A stretch of 64,000 bases of DNA from Chloroflexota bacterium (GCA_046328155.1 JAXLXC010000003.1:55873-119872), one strand, 5' to 3'; positions 17,494 through 27,220 are shown, counted from the first letter of the stretch. The notes: generated by a model from the sequence alone, not told the origin. A program made the numbers and translations.

Positions 17494-18705
17494 ATGGGAG
17501 CGATCGCCGTCCTGGGTACCCGATCGATCGCCGTGGCGCCGGGCGCGCAGGCGAGCGTCGAGATCAAGGTCCGCAACAACGGCACCGTCGTGGACCAGTT
17601 CTCGATCCAGGTGCTGGGCGATGCCGCGCCGTGGTCCGCGTCCGAGCCGCCGGTCGTCTCGCTGTTCCCGGGAGCCGAGCAGACCGCGCGGGTCACCTTC
17701 AAGCCGCCACGCTCGCCCAGCGTCCCCGCGGGCCCAATGCCCTTCGGGGTGCGCGTCGCCTCCCAGGAGGATCCGGCGGGGTCGGTGGTCGAGGAGGGCC
17801 AGCTCCAGGTCGGTGCCTACAGCGAGACGAGCGCGGAGCTGGCACCCCGGACCTCTCGGGGCCGGACGAGCGCGACCCACGACCTTGCCATCGACAACCG
17901 TGGCAACACCATCCTCAACGCATCGGTCACGGGTCTCGACCCGGACCGGACGCTGGCGTATGACATCAAGCCGCCGGCGCTCGTCATCGACCCGGGAGCC
18001 GCCGCGTTCACCAAGGTCGCGGTCAGGCCTCGCCGTCGGTTCTGGCGTGGGCAGCCCAAGACCCACGCCTTCCAGGTCCAGCTGGACGGCGGTCCGGCAC
18101 CCGTGCTGGTGGGCGGGTCGATGCTCCAGGAGCCGCTGCTGCCGCCCTGGCTGCTGAAGGCCCTGGCGCTGCTGCTCGCCGCGCTCGTGGCGCTCGCGCT
18201 CATCTGGGTCCTGTTCCTCCAGCCCGCCATCCGGTCCACCGCCCAGGAGAGCGCCGAGGAGGTCCTGGCCGGCGTGGGCATCACCCCCAACCCCAACCCC
18301 AACGGCAACGGGGATGGCAACGGGGACGGCCAACCCTCGCCCACGCCCACCACCCCCGGCCAGAGCACCTCGCCCACCACGCCCACGCCCACGCCGGGAC
18401 CCGCGGGCGTCCAGACGCCGACGGATGGCCGCCTCGTGGCCGGCGGGACCCCCGCGGCGCCGAGCGACGACCGGACGCTATACGTGACGGACCTGGTGTT
18501 CTCGAACCCGAACGGGACCAGTGGCACCGTGCGGCTGCGCCGGTCGGGCGATGACCTGTTCGTGCTCAACCTGGACAACTTCCGGGACCTGGACTTCCAC
18601 TTCGTGACGCCCATCGCCGTGGGGTCCGACCAGAGCCTGCGACTGGTCTGCGAGGGCGTGTGCGACGGCCCGCCCGCGGTGTACTTCTCGGGGTACCAGC
18701 GCTAG
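17494..18705 (+). CDS. Bitopic membrane protein: N-terminal cytoplasmic beta-rich domains, one TM helix, Pro/Thr/Gly linker, about 100-aa C-terminal extracytoplasmic domain
   Basis: No signal peptide (MGAIAVLGTRSIAVAPGAQASVEIKVRNNGTVVDQFSIQVLG...). Single hydrophobic helix WLLKALALLLAALVALALIWVLFL. Linker NPNPNGNGDGNGDGQPSPTPTTPGQSTSPTTPTPTP. C-terminal domain with two Cys (LRLVCEGVCDG). Confidence 0.6.
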   Translation: MGAIAVLGTRSIAVAPGAQASVEIKVRNNGTVVDQFSIQVLGDAAPWSASEPPVVSLFPGAEQTARVTFKPPRSPSVPAGPMPFGVRVASQEDPAGSVVEEGQLQVGAYSETSAELAPRTSRGRTSATHDLAIDNRGNTILNASVTGLDPDRTLAYDIKPPALVIDPGAAAFTKVAVRPRRRFWRGQPKTHAFQVQLDGGPAPVLVGGSMLQEPLLPPWLLKALALLLAALVALALIWVLFLQPAIRSTAQESAEEVLAGVGITPNPNPNGNGDGNGDGQPSPTPTTPGQSTSPTTPTPTPGPAGVQTPTDGRLVAGGTPAAPSDDRTLYVTDLVFSNPNGTSGTVRLRRSGDDLFVLNLDNFRDLDFHFVTPIAVGSDQSLRLVCEGVCDGPPAVYFSGYQR

Positions 18706-18707
18706 CC

Positions 18708-20708
18708 ATGGCCAGGCGGCTGGTCGCCGCCGCCCTCGGCGCCCTGCTGCTGCTGTCGGGCGTGCTGCCGACCCCGGACCCGCTGCCGCCCGCCTCCGCC
18801 CCCGTGGCGGCCGCCAGCTCCGGGATGCCCATCGTGTCGGTCGACCCGTCGTGCCTGCCGGCGAGCAGCGACCCGGCCGTCCCCGAGACGAGGGACGTCG
18901 AGGTGGAGGGGCACGGGTTCGAGCCCGGCAGCCAGGTGCCGATCAGGCTGTACGCATCGGAGGGTCAGCCGGTCGCGTTCGCCGACGCGGACGCGCTGGG
19001 CACGTTCCGCGCCACGATCCCGGTGCCGCTGCCCGCCGAGGCCGCCGGGGTCGTGGTCCTGGCCGGCGACGTCGGGGGCACCGCTGCCCAGGCGTACCTG
19101 CAGGTGCCGTGCCTGCCCACGCTCCAGGTCGACCCCACCTGCGCGGACCCCGGCCAGACGTTCGATGTGACGTTCACCGCGACCAACTTCCAGCCCGACA
19201 CCCAGATCCGGGTGGGTCTGGTCGGGCCGCCCGATGGCGACATCATCTCGGACCCGCTGACCACCGACGGCGACGGTCGGCTGGAGTACGCATTTCGAGG
19301 CATGGGACCGCTGCCCGAGGGGACCTACTACGCTGCCGCGGTCCAGGGGGTCGGCGGGGGCCAGACCATGCCGCGTGCGGCCGTCCGCAACCCGTGGGTC
19401 GCGGCGGCACCGTTCGAGGCCCCCTGCCCGGCGCGCCCGACCCTGACGCTCGACCCTGACTGCGGTCGTACCGGGTCACCCCAGGACCGGTATGCCGTGA
19501 CGGTCCGTGGCACGGGCTTCGAGCCGGGCGAGGCCACCATCACCTGGGACACCGGTGGCTCGCAGGAGACGTTCCTGGCCCAGGTGGGCACGGACGGCAC
19601 GTTCGAGGCGCCCATCGACCCGTGGCGGCGAGGTCGGATGCGGATCCGGGTGCGCGCGGCGCAGCGCTTCCTCCAGCTGTCCGAGGTGTCCGGCGTCGCC
19701 GCCTACTCGCCCGATTGGCGACCCAGACGCGCCGTGGCGACCTCGTTCACGGTCCCCTGCGCGCCGACCGTCCTCACCCTGGACCCCGACTGCGACCGCC
19801 CGGCCCTGCGCGGCGAGGCCGAGCGTCGGATGACCCTGGCGGTGCGTGGATCGGGCATCCGGATGTCGTCCGTCGCGAGCAGGGCGCCCACCACGGAGCT
19901 GGTGTTCGACGCCGATGGCGCAGCCGCGGACGTGCTGGAGCCAGAGCGGTTCCCTGTCGAGGTGGGCGCGGACGGGACCCTGTCGGCGACCATCACGCCG
20001 CTCGCGCGGCCCATGGGCGAGTACCGCGTCGCCCTGGTCGTCGATGGCCAGCCGCTCGCGCAGGCGACGTTCCGGGTGCCCTGCGAGCAGGCGCAGCCGA
20101 ACCTGCGCCCGCTGCTGCCCGACTGCCTGCCGCTCGCACCTGGCCAACCGGCCGTCGCGGAGCTCCGCGTGCGAGGCCGACGCTTCTACCCTGGGCCTGT
20201 GGAGGTGCTGTTCGGCGAGCAGGGCGCGCGGGACGCCACGACGGGGACCGTGGCGGACGACGGCACCTTCGACGTGACGCTGCCGGTGACGGGCCGCGAG
20301 CCTGGCACCTACCAGGCACAGGGTCGTCAGCGCGACACGCGCGGCACGGTGGTGGCGCGCGCGTTCCGCGACCTCGAGGTGCCCTGCGTGGACCCGGTCA
20401 TCGCGGTCAGCCCGGCGAGTGGGCCGACGGGGTACGCGACCATGGTCAGCGGCACCGGGTTCCCGCTGGACACGGTCATCACCCTCACGTGGGACCGAGG
20501 CCTCACCGCCGCTCGCCCGATCGTGGTCACCACGGATGCCACGGGGGCCTTCCGGGTGGGGGCCTACATCCTGCCCAACGACATCGAAGGGTCGCGCACG
20601 CTCACCGCCGGCACGCCCCAGGACGCCCAGGCCTTCCCGGGCGTGAGCGCCCGCTATCTGGTGGTGCCGGGGTCCGGCCAGCCGCCGGGGAGCGTCGACC
20701 GTCGCTGA
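18708..20708 (+). CDS. Secreted protein with six tandem Ig-like (IPT/TIG-like) repeats delimited by conserved Cys pairs
   Basis: Signal peptide MARRLVAAALGALLLLSGVLPTPDPLPPASA. Repeats are each headed by ...VPC...(L/V)DP.C... (VDPSCLP / VDPTCADPG / LDPDCGRTG / LDPDCDRPA / LLPDCLPLA / VPCVDPVIAV) followed by ...GTGFEPG-like strands. Its start is 3 nt after the upstream stop. Confidence 0.6.
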   Translation: MARRLVAAALGALLLLSGVLPTPDPLPPASAPVAAASSGMPIVSVDPSCLPASSDPAVPETRDVEVEGHGFEPGSQVPIRLYASEGQPVAFADADALGTFRATIPVPLPAEAAGVVVLAGDVGGTAAQAYLQVPCLPTLQVDPTCADPGQTFDVTFTATNFQPDTQIRVGLVGPPDGDIISDPLTTDGDGRLEYAFRGMGPLPEGTYYAAAVQGVGGGQTMPRAAVRNPWVAAAPFEAPCPARPTLTLDPDCGRTGSPQDRYAVTVRGTGFEPGEATITWDTGGSQETFLAQVGTDGTFEAPIDPWRRGRMRIRVRAAQRFLQLSEVSGVAAYSPDWRPRRAVATSFTVPCAPTVLTLDPDCDRPALRGEAERRMTLAVRGSGIRMSSVASRAPTTELVFDADGAAADVLEPERFPVEVGADGTLSATITPLARPMGEYRVALVVDGQPLAQATFRVPCEQAQPNLRPLLPDCLPLAPGQPAVAELRVRGRRFYPGPVEVLFGEQGARDATTGTVADDGTFDVTLPVTGREPGTYQAQGRQRDTRGTVVARAFRDLEVPCVDPVIAVSPASGPTGYATMVSGTGFPLDTVITLTWDRGLTAARPIVVTTDATGAFRVGAYILPNDIEGSRTLTAGTPQDAQAFPGVSARYLVVPGSGQPPGSVDRR

Positions 20709-20735
20709 CCCGTGCGCCGCACCCGGGCGGGCGCC

Positions 20736-21986
20736 TCACTGCTGGATGTCGATGACCAGCTCCACGACGCTCCCGTCGTCGGGGTCGTCGGTGACCCAGG
20801 CGGGTGCCTGGAGCGAGTAGCAGGTGTCGCCCCGGACGCCCAGCGCGAGCCATTGGCGACCCTCGTCGTCCGTGCCCGCGGTCACGGCCCGGACCTTCGG
20901 CAGGGCGACCTCCTGGTCCACCGCCAGGGTGGCGCGGATCCCATCCGACAGGGTCAGCACGACCGCGGTCCGGCCGACCGACGGTGCCCTGAACCCGAGC
21001 TGCTCCTCGACCTCCGAGACCGGGAGCACCTGGACCACGGCGCGGGTGCCCTTCCCATCCAGCCCCCTGCGACGGCTCAGTTCGAGATACACGTGATCGA
21101 AGCCCGGTCGGGTGCCCCACCTGACCCGGTCGATGTTCCAACCCCGCCCCAGCGGGTCCTCGAGCGCGACCGCCTCCCCGTCGCACAGGTACGTGCCGGC
21201 GGGCGGGGGCGTGGGAAGGTCGCCGGCAAGGCCGGTGGCGATCGGGGTCGCCGTCACGGTGGGGGTCCGCGTCGGTCGCGGGGTGACCCTGGGCGTCGGT
21301 CCCGCGGTGGCCTCGGCCGTGGGCGTGTCGGCCCCCCTCGGCGTGGCGGTGGGTCGCGCGGTGGGCTCCCCCGTGCGCCGCCCCGTGGGCGCGGACGTCG
21401 CGGCGGGCGTCCCCGACGCACGGGCGGTCCGAGGCGTGCTGGTGGGCGACGGTCCGCCCAGCGCACCGCCGAACACGATGGCGGCACCCACCACCGCGGC
21501 GATGGCGATGAGCCCGATGCCCGCGACCACGAACCGCCGCCCGCCACGGCCCGAGGCGGCCGTGGCCACGGGGCGCGGCGTGCCGGCGACGGTCCCGACC
21601 GCGGGGTCCAGCTCGTTGCCGCAGCGCTGGCAGAAGGTGCGCCCCGATGGGTTGGCCAACCCGCAGAAGCGGCATGTGACGCCACCCATCACGGGTGGCG
21701 CGATCATCTGGGGCGGACCCTGCGGCTCGGGTGGCGGGGCAGGGGCGAGGTAGGAGCCGCTCCATCCGCTCGTGACGGGTGGGCTGGCCGGCGTCGCCCC
21801 GGTCCCGGCCGCTCGCGCGTCCCGGGCCGGGACGGGCGCGGCGGGGGTGTCGCCGGATGCCGGCCCGACGGGCGCAGCGGCGTCGCCGGAAGCGGACCAG
21901 CCGAGATAGCGCCCGCACTGGCCGCAGAACTCATCCCCGGCCTCGTTCTGGAAGCCGCATGCCGGACACGCGATTCGATCGCCCAC
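20736..21986 (-). CDS. Membrane protein: N-terminal double zinc ribbon (2 x CxxC..CxxC), one TM, Pro/Thr-rich linker, conserved C-terminal domain
   Basis: MGDRIACPACGFQNEAGDEFCGQCGRYLGW...TCRFCGLANPSGRTFCQRCGNEL. TM segment FVVAGIGLIAIAAVVGAAIVF. C-terminal ...YLCDGEAVALEDPLGRGWNIDRVRWGTRPGFDHVYLEL...VVELVIDIQQ. Confidence 0.6.
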   Translation of the reverse strand: MGDRIACPACGFQNEAGDEFCGQCGRYLGWSASGDAAAPVGPASGDTPAAPVPARDARAAGTGATPASPPVTSGWSGSYLAPAPPPEPQGPPQMIAPPVMGGVTCRFCGLANPSGRTFCQRCGNELDPAVGTVAGTPRPVATAASGRGGRRFVVAGIGLIAIAAVVGAAIVFGGALGGPSPTSTPRTARASGTPAATSAPTGRRTGEPTARPTATPRGADTPTAEATAGPTPRVTPRPTRTPTVTATPIATGLAGDLPTPPPAGTYLCDGEAVALEDPLGRGWNIDRVRWGTRPGFDHVYLELSRRRGLDGKGTRAVVQVLPVSEVEEQLGFRAPSVGRTAVVLTLSDGIRATLAVDQEVALPKVRAVTAGTDDEGRQWLALGVRGDTCYSLQAPAWVTDDPDDGSVVELVIDIQQ

Positions 21987-22052
21987 GACGTGCTGCTCCC
22001 GTGCGACGTGACCCTTCGCAGTCTAGCCCGCCGCACCGCGAGGGCCGGGCCC

Positions 22053-23048
22053 TCAGCGCTGGATGTCGACGACGAGCTTGGCCGTGGTGGTGTCGTCGCC
22101 GCCGTTGCGCCAGTCGTTCGCGACGAGCCGGGCGCATCCGTCACCCGCGATGCCCAGGACCGCATGGACCACGCCGTCGTCGTCGGTGCGTGCGGCGACG
22201 CTGGCGAGCGCCGTGAGGCCTGGCCGTTCGGCGATGTCGGTGCGCAGCGCGATGGGGCCGTCGAACGTGATGACCAAGGCGCGGTCCCCAGCCGGCATGG
22301 TCACGTCGTATCGCGAGGCGGCGCGAGCCGGACGCAGGAACTCCATGCCCACGATCGTGCCCGTGCGCGTCGACCCTTGGAGGCGGGCGAGGTCGAAGGT
22401 CAGGCGGTCATAGCCGTCCCGCTGGCCCCAGCGGGCTCCCGTCACGCGCCAGCGGCCGCCCAGGGGATCCTGGATGGCGTCGTCGTCGCAGGTCCATGAG
22501 GTCCGGGTCGACAGGGGCGTGGTGGTCGGCTCGTCCGATGGCTCGTCGGGGCCGGGCGTCGCCTCGGCGCCTGGATCCTCGGTCGCGCCGGCTGGGTCCT
22601 GGGTCGGCTCCGCGACCGGGTCGTCCGTGGCGACCGGATCGGGGGCCCGGCTGGGTGCCCCGGTCGGCTCGGCGGTCGCCGCCGGTTCGCCGCTCGCCGC
22701 GATGCCCCCGGACGCGGGCGACGTGGCGCCCTGCCCGGCGGTCGTGGGCGCGGATTCGAAGCCCCGGAACACGAGGAACCCCGCGATGCCCGCGATGACC
22801 ACGATCGCCACGAGGCTGATGACCGCGGCGATCCCGGCGCCGCGCTCGGAGGGCAGGTCCGCGCGCCGCGTGGTGGTGCCCCGGACCGGGTCGCGGGGCG
22901 CGCCGAGCGGCAGGCCACAGCTCCGGCAGAAGCGTGCGGTGACCTCGTTGCGCAGGTGGCACACGGGACAGACGACGAACGGGGGCACCTGGGTGGCGGC
23001 ACCAGCCGCCGCCGTCCCCTTCCGACCGGGAACCCTCATCGAGGGCAT
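22053..23048 (-). CDS. Paralogous zinc-ribbon/TM protein with the same C-terminal domain
   Basis: ...VCPVCHLRNEVTARFCRSCGLPLG...; TM IAAVISLVAIVVIAGIAGFLVF; C-terminal ...WTCDDDAIQDPLGGRWRVTGARWGQRDGYDRLTFDLARL...AKLVVDIQR, which aligns with the C-terminus of the 20736-21986 protein. Confidence 0.6.
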   Translation of the reverse strand: MPSMRVPGRKGTAAAGAATQVPPFVVCPVCHLRNEVTARFCRSCGLPLGAPRDPVRGTTTRRADLPSERGAGIAAVISLVAIVVIAGIAGFLVFRGFESAPTTAGQGATSPASGGIAASGEPAATAEPTGAPSRAPDPVATDDPVAEPTQDPAGATEDPGAEATPGPDEPSDEPTTTPLSTRTSWTCDDDAIQDPLGGRWRVTGARWGQRDGYDRLTFDLARLQGSTRTGTIVGMEFLRPARAASRYDVTMPAGDRALVITFDGPIALRTDIAERPGLTALASVAARTDDDGVVHAVLGIAGDGCARLVANDWRNGGDDTTTAKLVVDIQR

Positions 23049-23127
23049 GGTGCCACAGGCACGCGCCGGGGCCCGATGAAGAAGAGGTTGGTTCCCGTTG
23101 ACGGAGCCATGCGCGTGGCGTCGACGC

Positions 23128-24123
23128 TCAGGCCTCCGCCAGCGCCGGGATGACGTCCCGGCCGTATGCCTCCAGCTGGGCCTCCTCGTCCCCGTTCATG
23201 AGGTAGATGTTGAACTGGTCCACGCCCGCGTCGCGGAGCTCGCGGAGCTTGGCGACGTGCTCGGCCGGCTCGCCCAGGACACAGAAGCGATCGACCACCT
23301 CGTCCGTCACGAAGCCGGCGTTGTCGGAGCCCACCTCGGCATGGTGCAGGTAGTCGTAGCCCTGGCGGTCGCGGATGTAGCCCGTGAGCGAGTCGGGGAG
23401 CTCCTCCCGCGGGTACTTGTTGACCAGGTCGACCACGTGGTTGCCCACGAGTGCGGGGAACCAGCGCACGCGCTCCCGGCCCACCTCGCGGGGTGCCACA
23501 TGCGCCGGTGCGGCGGCCTGGATCCGGATGCTCGCGGGGTCCCGTCCCGCCGCCGCCGCGGCCTCCCGCATCATGCCCGCCATCCAGCGGATGAGGTCAG
23601 GGTCGGCGAGCTGCAGGATCAGACCGTCAGCGATCCGACCCGTCATCGAGAGGGCCATCGGCCCATAGCCCGCGACCCACACGGGCAGCCGCCAGGCTCC
23701 GGTCCACGGCAGGCTGACCTCGGTGCCCTCCCACACCCGCGCGCGACCCTCCACGAGGTCACGGATGAGCTCGATGGCCTCCTCCAGGGTGCGCATGGTG
23801 GTGGGTGGCTTGCCGAGCACCCGCCGCGCGCTGTCGCCGCGACCGATGCCTAGGTCCATGCGCCCGTCCGAGATCTCGTCGAGCGTGGCGAGGACGCTCG
23901 CGGTGACCGTCGGCTCGCGCGTGGCCGGGTTCGTGACGCAGGTCCCCAGCCGCATCCGCGTGGTCGCGAGGGCCATCATCGTGAGGAGGGGGTAGACCTC
24001 CTTCCACAGCACGTGGGAGTCGAACAGCCAGCCATAGCCGAACCCGGCCTCCTCCGCCTGACGTGCGAGGGCGACGGTGCGCGTGACGGTGTGGTCGGGC
24101 TTGAGGGTGAAGCCGAAGTCCAT
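23128..24123 (-). CDS. LLM-class (luciferase-like) F420-dependent oxidoreductase
   Basis: 331 aa from the ATG at 24123: MDFGFTLKPDHTVTRTVALARQAEEAGFGYGWLFDSHVLWKEVYPLL...; the 5' extension in the track is spurious. Confidence 0.8.
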   Translation of the reverse strand: MDFGFTLKPDHTVTRTVALARQAEEAGFGYGWLFDSHVLWKEVYPLLTMMALATTRMRLGTCVTNPATREPTVTASVLATLDEISDGRMDLGIGRGDSARRVLGKPPTTMRTLEEAIELIRDLVEGRARVWEGTEVSLPWTGAWRLPVWVAGYGPMALSMTGRIADGLILQLADPDLIRWMAGMMREAAAAAGRDPASIRIQAAAPAHVAPREVGRERVRWFPALVGNHVVDLVNKYPREELPDSLTGYIRDRQGYDYLHHAEVGSDNAGFVTDEVVDRFCVLGEPAEHVAKLRELRDAGVDQFNIYLMNGDEEAQLEAYGRDVIPALAEA

Positions 24124-24258
24124 GGCCGCGCAGGGTACACCGTGCGACGGGCCGACCTCGCCCAGGGATGCCCGCGCGGCGACCGCGCGCGCCGTTGACC
24201 CGAGCCACGACAATGCACACGAGGACCGGCCTGCCATGGCCGGGTCGGGAGAGGGAGG

Positions 24259-24951
24259 TTGGCGGTGTCGTCTGTCGATGTCCGCAGGTGGGCGGCGGAG
24301 TTGGTCGGGACGTTCTTCTTCCTGTTCGTCGCGTTCATGGGCGTGACGTCCACGCTCGCGTTCTCGAGCGGCGACTCGAAGGCCGTGCCGGAACTGGTCA
24401 TCATCGCCTTGGGCTTCGGCCTCGGCCTGTTCGCGGCCATCCACATCGCTGGGTCGGTGTCCGGTGGCCACTACAACCCCGCCGTGACCATCGCGGCGCT
24501 CGCGGATGGCCGCATCGACGTGGTCAACGCGGTGTTCTACATCATCGCGCAGGTGGTGGGCTCCGTCGGCGCGGCGCTCGTCGTGGGCGCGGTCTTCGAC
24601 CAGGAGGCCGTCAAGACCCTCATCAACGCCCCGAACGCCGCGCACGGAATCAGCGACATCGATGCGCTGGTCCTGGAGATCATCTTCACGGCCATCTTCA
24701 TCGGCGTCATCCTGACCGTGACCCGTCTGGCGGCGGAGCGCGCGGCGCTGGCCATCGGCCTGACGCTGGCGGTCATCCACATGGCCCTGGTGCCGTTCAC
24801 GGGCACGTCCGTCAACCCGGCCCGGTCGCTGGGGCCCGCCATCATCGGCGGCGACCTGACCTCGATCTGGATCTTCCTGGTCGGCCCCATCGTGGGCGGC
24901 CTCATCGGCTGGGCGGTGTACCGCCTGCTGATCCCCGCGACGGACGCCTGA
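24259..24951 (+). CDS. MIP-family aquaporin/aquaglyceroporin
   Basis: Two NPA boxes (SGGHYNPAVT and GTSVNPARS) and six TM segments. TTG start with GAGGGAGG upstream. Confidence 0.85.
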   Translation: MAVSSVDVRRWAAELVGTFFFLFVAFMGVTSTLAFSSGDSKAVPELVIIALGFGLGLFAAIHIAGSVSGGHYNPAVTIAALADGRIDVVNAVFYIIAQVVGSVGAALVVGAVFDQEAVKTLINAPNAAHGISDIDALVLEIIFTAIFIGVILTVTRLAAERAALAIGLTLAVIHMALVPFTGTSVNPARSLGPAIIGGDLTSIWIFLVGPIVGGLIGWAVYRLLIPATDA

Positions 24952-25035
24952 CCCGACCCCCGCGGGCCCGGCCGAGGGCAGCGGCCCTCGAGCCTCGCCG
25001 GATGTCGCCGGGCGGGCATCGGCCCGCCCGCGCGC

Positions 25036-25884
25036 TCAGGGGGCGACGAGCTCGTCGTACATGTCGGGGCGGCGGTCCCGGTAGAACTGCCAGGTCTGGC
25101 GGACCTGCTCGATCATCGAGAGGTCCATGTCCCGCACCAGGAGCTCCTCCTGGTGCGCATCCCCGACTGCACCGATGAACTGGCCGCGCGGGTCCACGAA
25201 GTAGCTCTGGCCATAGAAGTCGTCGTCGCCCAGGGGCTCGATGCCCACCCGGTTGATGGTGCCCACGAAGTAGCCGTTGGCGACGGCGTGCGAGGGCTGC
25301 TCGATCCGCCAGAGGTACTCCGAGAGGCCCCGTGACGTGGCGCTGGGGATGAACACCATCTCGGCGCCGTTGAGGCCGAGCGCCCGCGCGCCCTCGGGGA
25401 AGTGGCGGTCGTAGCAGATGTACACGCCCACCTTGCCGACCGCGGTCTGGAACACGGGGTAGCCGAGGTTGCCGGGCCGGAAGTAGTACTTCTCCCAGAA
25501 CCCCTTCACCTGGGGGATGTGGGTCTTGCGGTACTTGCCGAGGTACGTGCCGTCGGCGTCGATGACCGCGGCGGTGTTGTAGTAGATGCCCGACGCCGTG
25601 CCGTCCTCCTCGTACATCGGGGCGATGACGACCATGCCCGTCTGCTTGGCGAGGTCCTGCATCCGCTTCGTGGTCGGCCCATCGGGGATGAGCTCGGTGT
25701 AGGAGAAGTACTCGGGGTCCTGCACCTGGCAGAAGTACGGCCCGTAGAACAGCTCCTGGAACAGGATGACCTGGGCGCCCTGCTTGGCGGCCTCGTGGGC
25801 GTACTGCTCGTGCTTCTGGATCATCGATTCCTTGTCGCCCGTCCAGGTGGCCTGGACCAAGGCTCCGCGAACGACCCGGGACAT
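25036..25884 (-). CDS. Carbon-nitrogen hydrolase (nitrilase superfamily; beta-ureidopropionase / N-carbamoyl-amine amidase-like)
   Basis: ...VILFQELFYGPYFC...GKYRKTHIP...VGVYICYDRHFPE...AEMVFIPSAT..., showing the catalytic E-K-C pattern. Confidence 0.8.
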   Translation of the reverse strand: MSRVVRGALVQATWTGDKESMIQKHEQYAHEAAKQGAQVILFQELFYGPYFCQVQDPEYFSYTELIPDGPTTKRMQDLAKQTGMVVIAPMYEEDGTASGIYYNTAAVIDADGTYLGKYRKTHIPQVKGFWEKYYFRPGNLGYPVFQTAVGKVGVYICYDRHFPEGARALGLNGAEMVFIPSATSRGLSEYLWRIEQPSHAVANGYFVGTINRVGIEPLGDDDFYGQSYFVDPRGQFIGAVGDAHQEELLVRDMDLSMIEQVRQTWQFYRDRRPDMYDELVAP

Positions 25885-26034
25885 GTCCGCTCCTCCGATC
25901 TCGACGGCATCGCCTGCGCCGCGCGCGTCAGGGCTCCTCGTGGGGTGGCAGGGTACACCGGGCCCCGGGAACGGTGACGGCGCCCGATGCTCCGGGCGCC
26001 GTCAGGGCAGCGAGGGCTGGTGTGGTGGCCGAGG

Positions 26035-26703
26035 TCAGGCCTTGACCCGGTAGCTCAGCCAGGAGCCGAGGCCCGCGATGACGCCGCCGGCCCACCAGGC
26101 GAGCACGGACAGCCAGTCGAGGAAGCCGAAGCCGCGGAAGCCGGTGCGCAGCACGTTGAGGAAGCTGTAGGCGGCACCCAGCAGCAGCACCGCACCGAGC
26201 AGCACCAGGATGACCTTGTACCAGGTGCCGAAGCCCTCGGTCTGGGTGCGCTCGAGGCCGATGACCAGGAGCAGCGCCGCCGCGGTCAGCACCGACAGCT
26301 CGCTCGGACGCACCGAGTCGAACAGGAACCCGAACACCAGATACGACAGGCCGAGGACCAGCAGGGCACCGCCGCCCAGCAGCAGCTCCGGCCCGCTCAG
26401 GCGCTCCTTGAGCGTGGTCGCCACGCCGCTGATGGCGGCCGAGATCTGGGCGCCGGGGGGCGTCCCGTCGGGCGCGGTCGCCGGCGGTGGCGCGGGTGCC
26501 TCCGACGCCATGGGCGTCGCCGGCGGGGTGGGCGGCACGGGTGGCGTGGGCGCGACGGGCGGCGTCGGCGCGGCGGGGGGCGGCGCGGGGGCTGCCGGCG
26601 GGATGGCTGGCGTCGCAGCCGCGTCGGCCGGGGGTTCGCCCGGTGCGGCGCCGGACGCTGCACGCGACCGGGTGGTCTTCCGCGGTTCGGTCATCGATCT
26701 CAC
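26035..26703 (-). CDS. Membrane protein with a Pro/Ala-rich N-terminus and 4 predicted TM helices
   Basis: Hydrophobic segments (LLLGGGALLVLGLSYLVFGFLF, LTAAALLLVIGL, VILVLLGAVLLLGAAYSFL, WWAGGVIAGLGSWL). No known domain recognised. Confidence 0.45.
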   Translation of the reverse strand: MRSMTEPRKTTRSRAASGAAPGEPPADAAATPAIPPAAPAPPPAAPTPPVAPTPPVPPTPPATPMASEAPAPPPATAPDGTPPGAQISAAISGVATTLKERLSGPELLLGGGALLVLGLSYLVFGFLFDSVRPSELSVLTAAALLLVIGLERTQTEGFGTWYKVILVLLGAVLLLGAAYSFLNVLRTGFRGFGFLDWLSVLAWWAGGVIAGLGSWLSYRVKA

Positions 26704-27220
26704 CTCCGGCAGTGGATGTCACACGGCGGGGCGCCGGTCCCTCCCCGGCTGCGTTCGATCCGACCCTATCACGCGCCGCAAGGCGGTCCACCGGCCCCAC
26801 CGTACCCCGACGGGCGCCGCACGTTGGTGCTGGGTCGCGCGGCAGGGATGCAGCCGGTCCGGGGCCGAGCGGTGGCGTGTGGTCGGGTGGTCATGGGACC
26901 ACCGGATGGTCGCACGATGGGTCCCCGGTAGGATGCGGACGACGAGGCACGCGCCTATCGTTGCGTGCAGGCGCCGGGTCATCCAGGCAGGCGGATGGGA
27001 CGGCGCTACGGACTCATCCCATATGGTCCGGCCCGGAGGCCGGTTTCTCATCTTCCGGAGAAGCGGCCGGGGTATCCCGGCCGCCGGGCGAGAATCCTCA
27101 TGGACGGGGCGCCGATGGCGCCCCGTTCGTGCGTCCCGGGGCCCTGATGCGCCAGCCATCCGGCGAGGCCCGCGCGACCATGCGACACTCCCGGGCACGG
27201 ATACCCCGGAGGAGGTTGGG

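Noticed and set aside
24124-24780. N-terminal extension of the LLM oxidoreductase ORF to 550 aa
   Set aside because: The conserved LLM N-terminus MDFGFTLKPD starts at 24123. The upstream part is Arg/Asp-rich and overlaps the aquaporin promoter region.
26210-27220. 782-aa ORF reading through the aminotransferase leader
   Set aside because: Only the last 445 codons, from the ATG at 27221 with a GGAGGAGG RBS, match class-III aminotransferases. The upstream translation is low-complexity.
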